A stretch of DNA of 64,000 nt from Sulfurovum sp. (GTDB lineage Bacteria > Campylobacterota > Campylobacteria > Campylobacterales > Sulfurovaceae): the NCBI GenBank assembly GCA_027019175.1, contig JALUXB010000009.1, positions 34,311 to 98,310 of the forward strand, written 5' to 3'. Both the position numbers and the translations under genes were made by a program. Below are positions 57,405 through 64,000 of this stretch, piece by piece; positions within the stretch are counted from its first letter, which is position 1; each line of letters begins with the position of its first letter. The notes beneath the pieces are model-generated. The model did not search any database. It was not told the origin of the DNA and was given only the letters and a program-made list of their open reading frames with translations.

Positions 57405-58682
57405 TTAGTGTTTCGTAGAGTAGTGCTTCTTGCACTTTTTAATCGCATCCCAGTGTGCTGTGATTTCAGGCTCTTTAAACCCCTCCTGTGCAATCACTTT
57501 TTCCATCAGGTCATACGCCTTTGCGCACTGCTTCTGCTTGTAGTAGCCCCAGGCCAGAGAATCAAGATAGTAGGTATTGTCCGGCTGCTGTTTAAGGGCA
57601 TCTTTCAAAATACGCATCCCCTTTTTCACATCGATATCTTTATCGATCAGCGTATAGCCGTAATAGTTCAGATAGATACTGTCATCCACTCCCAGTGAGA
57701 TCGCCTTGTCAAAGGTCTTGACCACTTTGGCGATCATTACAGCATCGTTCTTGTCTTTTGCCTTTTCGTAGGTCAAAATCGCCACTTCCGCCAGCCACTT
57801 TGGATCTTTCTCTTTCTCATAAAACTGTTGGGCAAGCGGCAACGCCTTGTCAAACATCTTCTGGCTTTTGTAAAGCTGATAGAGGATCTTCTCTCCGGCT
57901 TTTTCTTTCTCAAGATATTTAATAGCGCCTTTGATATCCCCCTTGAAAGCGTACGCCTTGACGATTCTGTCAAGGTACTCCGGGCTTTTGTCGTGCTCGT
58001 ACAGTGCCTGATAGATGGAGATCACCCCGTCGACATCGTTTTCTTTGACATATAAAGAGAGGAGTTTGAAATAGAGCATGTCAGAATTAACCACATTCAT
58101 ACGTCTGTGTGTCTCCAACAGCTGGATTGCTCTGCGCCGTTCATGGGTATATTCATCCATAATCGCCACCATACGCAGCAAAATATCTTCGCTGTTTGAC
58201 GCTTCGTAGGCACGCTGCAGCAGCTGCAGGGCTTTTTTAAACTCACCCGCATACAGATAGGGATTGGCAGCCAGATCAAGATCCACAGCCTTGTTGGAAC
58301 GCTCAAGCAGGTAAGATGCCTCTTTCTGTGCCTCTTTGATCTGCTGATTGGTCAGATAGAGCGGAATAAGCAGGCGCTTGACTTCCAGCATATCAGGGTG
58401 TTTCTTGTCAAATGCTTTAAGACGGACAATACTTTCCGGAATATGTGTTCTGCCAAGCAGTGACGCCGTCACTTCACGAAAGAGGTACTCTTTCTCTCCG
58501 GTCATATCGTACAGCTTTGCAAAGACTTCACGGCTTGATTCATACGCTTTGTACTGGGCGTAGAGCAACCCGCGCACAATCAGTTCATCTTCACTGATCA
58601 TCTGCAGCGTTTTGGCCTGCGAAGAAGTAATGCAAAAGAAAAAAGCAGCGACTGCTGCAAAAATTATACGATACCGGGACAC
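57405..58682 (-). CDS. Exported TPR protein
   Basis: Signal peptide; C-terminal YLNYYGYTLID and YYLDSLAWGYYK TPR units. Confidence 0.85.
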   Translation of the reverse strand: MSRYRIIFAAVAAFFFCITSSQAKTLQMISEDELIVRGLLYAQYKAYESSREVFAKLYDMTGEKEYLFREVTASLLGRTHIPESIVRLKAFDKKHPDMLEVKRLLIPLYLTNQQIKEAQKEASYLLERSNKAVDLDLAANPYLYAGEFKKALQLLQRAYEASNSEDILLRMVAIMDEYTHERRRAIQLLETHRRMNVVNSDMLYFKLLSLYVKENDVDGVISIYQALYEHDKSPEYLDRIVKAYAFKGDIKGAIKYLEKEKAGEKILYQLYKSQKMFDKALPLAQQFYEKEKDPKWLAEVAILTYEKAKDKNDAVMIAKVVKTFDKAISLGVDDSIYLNYYGYTLIDKDIDVKKGMRILKDALKQQPDNTYYLDSLAWGYYKQKQCAKAYDLMEKVIAQEGFKEPEITAHWDAIKKCKKHYSTKH

Positions 58683-59044
58683 TCTTTTCTTACCTCTTCT
58701 TCATCATGTTTGAACTGCTCCCAAAACGGAAAGGTACGGCACTGAAGCGGCCGTACCGGGTAGATTGAACAGCGGTTTTTTGTTTCGTCAAAAAAGATAC
58801 AGGCATAATTGTCAGGTGCCAGCATCTTCTCTGTAAGCGAATAACGGTGTTTGACTTTTCTTAGATACATTGTAGCAAATTCTTCCACCGAAAGGTTAAC
58901 AAACGCCGCCATATTGACGATCTCATCATACTTCGCCCAGATATACCCGCTCTCCCCCGTACAGCAATGCCCGCCACACGCCTCACACGCAGCAGGGTCA
59001 AACTTGTAACTGTACCCCTCTTTTTCCATCAGGTTTTCATTCAT
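58664..59044 (-). CDS. YkgJ family CxxCxxCC cysteine-cluster protein
   Basis: CEACGGHCC, CIFFD, CSIYPVRPLQCRTFPFW, CPGI; start estimated (59044 or 59053). Confidence 0.88.
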   Translation of the reverse strand: MNENLMEKEGYSYKFDPAACEACGGHCCTGESGYIWAKYDEIVNMAAFVNLSVEEFATMYLRKVKHRYSLTEKMLAPDNYACIFFDETKNRCSIYPVRPLQCRTFPFWEQFKHDEEEVRKECPGIV

Positions 59045-59070
59045 ATTTTCCATCCATAAATTGTTTTTTT

Positions 59071-59092
59071 GGTGCGTGGATACGCACCCTAC
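59071..59092 (-). repeat. GTAG-type REP palindrome
   Basis: Reverse complement reads GTAG-GGTGCGT-ATCC-ACGCACC. Confidence 0.9.
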
Positions 59093-59128
59093 ATAATCAA
59101 AGCATTGCACAGCAATGCCTACCTCATC

Positions 59129-59156
59129 TCTTCACTCTTCTCTCTTCACTCTTCAC
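59129..59156. repeat. Heptamer tandem (TCTTCAC x4, one variant)
   Basis: TCTTCAC TCTTCTC TCTTCAC TCTTCAC spanning the stop of the methyltransferase gene. Confidence 0.7.
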
Positions 59157-59856
59157 TATCATCGCGTTCCGCTTTGATACTATGCGTCCCCGCCCTCTCA
59201 AATGCCTGCTGTGCCGCAGGAAGATAGTTACTCTGCTCATCAAAGACGATCAGCGGCGGCAACACCTGTGTCATCGACTTTGAGTTGTTGCGTGCTGCGA
59301 TCATCACCAGTTTGGATTCACGGTCTATCTTAGAATGGACAAACCGTATCTTTTCAGGGTTGATGCCGTAGTGTTTGAGCCACTGCATCAGCAGGTCGAT
59401 CTGTTTGGCATCATAACAGAAAATGAACCATCCTTTGGGACGCAAAAAGGTCTTGACACGCCTGATGAAACGCTCGACAGGCAAATGGTGCGCATAGCGG
59501 GCAATGTTGAGATGCGTATCTTCACTTTGGGTGACATTGGGATCATAAAAGGGCGGATTGGAAACAATGTAATCAAACCGTTCTTCACTCTGAAACTCGG
59601 TAAAATCTCCCAAATGCGCTGACACATCAAGGTTATTCAGCCTAAAGTTGTGTACTGCATAAGAAAGCATCTTTTCCTGTTTGTCGATGATACGTGTTTC
59701 TGTCTTAAAATCTCGCGTCAGCAGCAGTGAAATAATGCCCACTCCGCAACCTACATCGAGCAGTTTTCCCTTCGGCTTGAATTGTGCAATGAAGTCGTAA
59801 AGAAAAATAGAGTCACTGTTGTAACAGTAACCGCTGGTGGGCTGATAGAGAAACAC
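59146..59856 (-). CDS. tRNA1(Val) adenine-N6 methyltransferase-like
   Basis: YCYNSDSIFL, LLDVGCGVG, IVSNPPFY, IARY. Confidence 0.85.
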   Translation of the reverse strand: MFLYQPTSGYCYNSDSIFLYDFIAQFKPKGKLLDVGCGVGIISLLLTRDFKTETRIIDKQEKMLSYAVHNFRLNNLDVSAHLGDFTEFQSEERFDYIVSNPPFYDPNVTQSEDTHLNIARYAHHLPVERFIRRVKTFLRPKGWFIFCYDAKQIDLLMQWLKHYGINPEKIRFVHSKIDRESKLVMIAARNNSKSMTQVLPPLIVFDEQSNYLPAAQQAFERAGTHSIKAERDDSEE

Positions 59857-59936
59857 TCCCGCTCCTAATAGGAAAATATCACAATTTTACTATATTTTCT
59901 GTATAATCGCGGTAATTTTAGCACAAGGAGGCAGCC

Positions 59937-60692
59937 GTGAACGAAGAACTTGATTTGCTCAACCCTCCTTCAACTGACTTTTCGATGCTCGATTATGATT
60001 GTGCCTACCTCCCCGGCCGCTCGGTGCGAATGCACTACAAGTATGTCCAAAATGCTTCGAAAACCTTTGCAACCGCCGTTATTCAGCGTGGCTGGCGCCG
60101 GTTTGGAAAATACTTTTTTCACCCTACCTGCAATGGATGCAACGAATGTAAAAGTGTCCGTATCGATGCAGAGGCTTACAGCTTCAGCAAATCTGAGCGC
60201 CGTACTATCAGACGCAATGAAAATACACAGATCATTGTCCAAAAACCGACACTCACACAGTCGCACATTGACCTCTACAACAAGTACCATGCCTATAAAC
60301 ATGACAAAGACGGCTGGAGCTTCCGAAACATCTCCCAACGCGAATACCATGAAAACTTTGTTGACGGTGCGCATGATTTCGGCAAAGAGGTACTTTACAT
60401 TGTCGACGGCAAACTGGTAGGGGTCGACCTCATCGATATCCTTGATGACGGCATCAGCGCCATCTACTTCTACTACGACCCTGATTACGGTAAACTCTCT
60501 CTGGGCACCTACTCCCTGCTCTACCAGATCAAACTTGCCAAGATACTCGAACTGCCCTATATCTACCTCGGCTACTGGGTGGAGGGGTGCAAAGCCTTTG
60601 CCTACAAGCCGAAGTTCCAGCCGCAGGAGATACTCGACGGATTCCCGCATATTACAGAGCCCGCTTCGTGGGAGAAATGGGAACAGCCGTAG
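59937..60692 (+). CDS. Arginyl-tRNA-protein transferase family (Bpt/ATE-like)
   Basis: CAYLPG, GWRRFG..FHPTCNGCNEC, SAIYFYYDPD, SLGTYSLL, YLGYWV. Confidence 0.9.
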   Translation: MNEELDLLNPPSTDFSMLDYDCAYLPGRSVRMHYKYVQNASKTFATAVIQRGWRRFGKYFFHPTCNGCNECKSVRIDAEAYSFSKSERRTIRRNENTQIIVQKPTLTQSHIDLYNKYHAYKHDKDGWSFRNISQREYHENFVDGAHDFGKEVLYIVDGKLVGVDLIDILDDGISAIYFYYDPDYGKLSLGTYSLLYQIKLAKILELPYIYLGYWVEGCKAFAYKPKFQPQEILDGFPHITEPASWEKWEQP

Positions 60693-60782
60693 GGTGCGAT
60701 ATTTCGCACCTTCAAATGATCTTACAAAGAATAATCTTTTTTAATTTCAGTGCGTAAAAAGGTGCGTGATTACGCACCCTTC
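60689..60782. repeat. Inverted REP doublet
   Basis: GTAG-GGTGCGA-TATT-TCGCACC (60689-60710) and inverted copy 60761-60782; each overlaps a stop codon. Confidence 0.88.
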
Positions 60783-61900
60783 AGCTTCCTCGCCCACTTC
60801 AAAAAGAGTCTGTCCGGATTGACGCTGCTATCGACCTCTTCTCCTTCGGTTATCAGCTCCGCAAGCCACTTTGCCATTAACGGGGCAAAGACAAAACCGC
60901 GTCCTCCCACTCCATTGAGAATATAAAGATTCTCCAAATGTTTCAGCGGCGGTTTGGCACCGCGAAAGACATTGGGGTGGTGCGCTTCCATATAGGGTAC
61001 ATCGACCACCCTGCCCACCAGCGGAAAATAGTCTTTGCTGCCTGCACGCATACCGCAAAAAGTCTCTTTGAGCACGAAATCGGAGGTATCGACCATCTGA
61101 GATGCCTGTGCTTCAAGTGATGCAAGCGGTTTGCCGTCACAGACCATACAGGGACTTTTGGATTTGACATGGGTTGCACCAAGTTTGATGATGCCGCCAA
61201 TATTGGCAGAGACTGAGATCTTTTTGTGCATACTCACATCAAGCTTCAAAGCACTATAGTAATCACCACGCGAGCCCCATGTACCGCGTATGCCCATGTA
61301 GCGCAGATCAAGCAAATTGCTTTCATGTCCGGTCGCCAGTACAATGTACTTGGCGTTTAGCGTTGTACGTTGTGCGTTGAGGAGAGTCCAGCTTCCGTTG
61401 TTGTAGATCAGTTTTTCTACTGCAAACTGTTGAAAGGGAACCTGTTTTAGAATAGCATTACACAGCTCTGGTGCATCACAGACACCTGCTTCTTCGAAGA
61501 GAAAACTTGCATTGTTTTCTTTGATACCGAGTTTTTGCAACTGCTCTTTATTTAACCAGCGATACTTTGCTTCGTTGTGCGGTTCGTAAAGAGAAAACTT
61601 TATTGCATCCTCTGCATCTTTGGGGATGCGGATCACACCGGTTTGGTGAAAATAGTCTGGAAAGTGTTTAAGGTAAAAATCTTTGGCATAGGCAAAGGCT
61701 TCATTGGTCAAGGCCTGAAGCGAACCACCTTTGCCGATCTTTGGAGAGACAAAAGCACCAGCTGCACCTGAACCGCCAGTGGCTGCCATACCGCTTCTGT
61801 CCACAAACAGAACATCATGCCCCTGCTCTTTGAGTGCAAATGCCGCACAGCACCCGGCAATGCCGGCACCTATTACAATAGTATCGTAAATTTCAGGCAT
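60770..61900 (-). CDS. FAD-dependent oxidoreductase, MnmC C-terminal-domain-like
   Basis: IGAGIAG, GGSGAAGA, VLATG, IKLGATH, GMRAGSKDYFPLVG, NGVGGRGFVFAP. Confidence 0.82.
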   Translation of the reverse strand: MPEIYDTIVIGAGIAGCCAAFALKEQGHDVLFVDRSGMAATGGSGAAGAFVSPKIGKGGSLQALTNEAFAYAKDFYLKHFPDYFHQTGVIRIPKDAEDAIKFSLYEPHNEAKYRWLNKEQLQKLGIKENNASFLFEEAGVCDAPELCNAILKQVPFQQFAVEKLIYNNGSWTLLNAQRTTLNAKYIVLATGHESNLLDLRYMGIRGTWGSRGDYYSALKLDVSMHKKISVSANIGGIIKLGATHVKSKSPCMVCDGKPLASLEAQASQMVDTSDFVLKETFCGMRAGSKDYFPLVGRVVDVPYMEAHHPNVFRGAKPPLKHLENLYILNGVGGRGFVFAPLMAKWLAELITEGEEVDSSVNPDRLFLKWARKLKGA

Positions 61901-61905
61901 GCAGC

Positions 61906-63954
61906 CTAAACCGTAATCTCTTTAATATCCGCAATATCCCGGAATGTTTTGTAGATAGATGCGATCATATGCTGACGGTTTTTACGCAGAGCCTCCTCTT
62001 CAGCATTGACCAGTACATCATCAAAGTAGGCATCAAGCTCCCGCTTGAGACCGAAAAGTGCTTCAAGTTTCGTTTTGTAATCGGAAAATTCCTGATTGAG
62101 CACCTTTTCGTACGCATTGTAAAGGTTCACTTCGGCATCCTCTCTGAAGAGGCTCACATCGATACTCAGATCGCCGTCCAGATCGACATCCTTGGAAATG
62201 TTCGCCACACGTTTGAAGGTGGCAAACTGCTCCTTGAAGCTCTCGTCTGCGACAATCTCGTTGAGTGCTGCAACCTTCTTTGCAATCTCGTTGATATCGA
62301 GTTCTCCACTGGCAAGGACAGCCGCGATGACAGAGGGGTTGGCATCAAGGCTCTTGTTGATACGTTCAATAATAAAGGCTTTGAGCTGTCCAACATCAAA
62401 ACTGTCATACTCATCTTTGAGCAGTGCCAGCATATCATCGATATTAAATGGAATATCGTTATCGATAACAATACGCACAATCCCGTTGACTGCACGGCGG
62501 AGTGCAAAGGGGTCTTTACTCCCGGTCGGGATCTTGCCGACACTGAAGAGTCCAAGCAGGGTATCAAGCTTGATACTCATTGCTACAATCGCAGAGAAAA
62601 GTGAACTTGGAAGCTCTGCACCTTCACCCACAGGCATATACTGCTCTTTGATCGCATTGTAAACCAGAGGATCCTCTCCCAGCGCCTTGGCGTAGTAGTA
62701 GCCCATCAAGCCCTGAAGCTCCGTAAACTCGTAAACCATCTCACTCATCAAGTCTGCCTTGGCAAGCTCAACCGCTCTGTCCATAAGCTTTTCAAGTTCT
62801 GCCGGTGTTTTACCGGTTTGTGCTTCAAGTTTATCCATGTAGAGCGCAAGCAGTCTGAGGGCAATACGCTTTTCACGTTTGATCTTGTCTGCAAGTGTTC
62901 CCAGCCCGTCAATAAACTGTACTTTCTCAAGTCCTGACGTACTCAGTCCATTGCGCAGGTCATTGCGGTAGAAGAATAGACCATCGGCAAGTCTTGGCTT
63001 GAGCACACGTTCGTTTCCGGCAATGACTTTGGAATAGTCGTCAGTATAGGCATTGGAGACCACCACGAACTTGTTGGTGATCTTGCCCTTTTCAAAGACC
63101 GGGAAGTAGCGCTGATGCTCTTTCATCGATGTAATGATCACCTCCGGCGGCAGTTCCAGGAACATTTCGTCAAACTTCCCTACCAGTGCTTTGGGGTTTT
63201 CGGTAATGGCAACCACTTCTGCAAGCAGGGCATTGTCACGCTCTATGACAATACCGTGTTCCTCTTCCAATGTATCGAACTCTGCAAGAATGCGTGCCTC
63301 ACGTTCTGAAGGTTCAAGCGTCACTGCTCCCTCTTTGAGCACTTCCGGGTAGGCTTCAATGCTTGGTACTTCAACCGCATCGTAGCTTACCATACGGTGC
63401 ACATAAGTCTTTGTATCGGAAGTGACACCAAAGAGTTCTACAGGTACGGAAGTATCTCCCAGTCTGACCTGCAGCCAACGTACCGGACGGATGAACTCAT
63501 CGCTTCTGTCACCCCATCGCATCATTTTACCAAAGGCCATCGATGCAATCCATTTTCCAATCATCTCTTCAAGCAAAGCAGCAGTTTCTTCACCCTTCTC
63601 CTCTTTTTTGAAATAAAGTACTTCCGTCTTGCCTTTTTGTGCTCTGCCAAGCTCACTGACATCCACTCCGCACTTTCTTGCAAACCCAAGTGCGGCAGGA
63701 GTAGGCTCCCCATCTTTGAACGCTGCCGCAACCGGAGGCCCCATCAGTTCTATAGTACTGTCTTCCTGTTTCAGTGGCATAGCATTATGCATCAGCACCA
63801 GGCGTCTTGGTGTATAGAGAAAGGTAAAATCACTGTCAAGCCTGTATTCTTCCAGGATTTTCTTCCAGGCATTTTCAATATTCTTGACAATTTTAAGCAG
63901 CGGAATGGCGGGCAGTTCCTCTACCCCTATCTCGATCAGTAACGGTTGTGTCAT
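61906..63954 (-). CDS. glyS: Glycine-tRNA ligase beta subunit
   Basis: LLIEIGVEELP, TPRRL, MRWG..FIRPVRW, GNERVLKPRLADG, EFTELQG, GSKDPFALRR; start at 63954 with GAGGA RBS. Confidence 0.97.
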   Translation of the reverse strand: MTQPLLIEIGVEELPAIPLLKIVKNIENAWKKILEEYRLDSDFTFLYTPRRLVLMHNAMPLKQEDSTIELMGPPVAAAFKDGEPTPAALGFARKCGVDVSELGRAQKGKTEVLYFKKEEKGEETAALLEEMIGKWIASMAFGKMMRWGDRSDEFIRPVRWLQVRLGDTSVPVELFGVTSDTKTYVHRMVSYDAVEVPSIEAYPEVLKEGAVTLEPSEREARILAEFDTLEEEHGIVIERDNALLAEVVAITENPKALVGKFDEMFLELPPEVIITSMKEHQRYFPVFEKGKITNKFVVVSNAYTDDYSKVIAGNERVLKPRLADGLFFYRNDLRNGLSTSGLEKVQFIDGLGTLADKIKREKRIALRLLALYMDKLEAQTGKTPAELEKLMDRAVELAKADLMSEMVYEFTELQGLMGYYYAKALGEDPLVYNAIKEQYMPVGEGAELPSSLFSAIVAMSIKLDTLLGLFSVGKIPTGSKDPFALRRAVNGIVRIVIDNDIPFNIDDMLALLKDEYDSFDVGQLKAFIIERINKSLDANPSVIAAVLASGELDINEIAKKVAALNEIVADESFKEQFATFKRVANISKDVDLDGDLSIDVSLFREDAEVNLYNAYEKVLNQEFSDYKTKLEALFGLKRELDAYFDDVLVNAEEEALRKNRQHMIASIYKTFRDIADIKEITV

Positions 63955-64000
63955 CAGGGTCATCCTCATAGATAATAATGGCATTAATTTTATCGAAAAG

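Overview
Chromosomal window from a Campylobacterota bacterium, most likely Sulfurovum-like. This is inferred from the sorAB, lolA-secA-lolC/E, cts/pilus, era-hslUV-rplI and pdxJA gene neighbourhoods. Most genes are housekeeping. The notable part is a nitrogen-assimilation region at about 14.7-30.9 kb: PP2C-Ser/Thr kinase fusion, NarK, NirA, a fused FeS/DmsC-type membrane subunit, an inserted yefM-yoeB, a Mo nitrate reductase, and then a degenerate NtrC-like/NtrB-like pair in front of amtB-glnB. A 17-bp NtrC-geometry palindrome (TGATT-N7-AATCA) is centred 40-42 bp upstream of the sigma70-type -10 boxes of narK, nirA and amtB. A hybrid copy sits at the same spacing before the kinase gene, and a variant lies downstream of the regulator's own -10. 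This points to a phosphorelay-free, sigma70-acting NtrBC-derived regulon. NirA also carries a C-terminal tail that aligns by eye with the kinase C-lobe encoded in the same cluster. Several dispersed repeat families are present: GTAG REPs, TCGTTCCCA palindromes, a 72-bp duplicated hairpin, and a CGYTGAG heptamer that has entered two coding sequences. I recognised no rRNA, tRNA, CRISPR array or transposase. All family assignments are by-eye motif recognition; no database searches were run.
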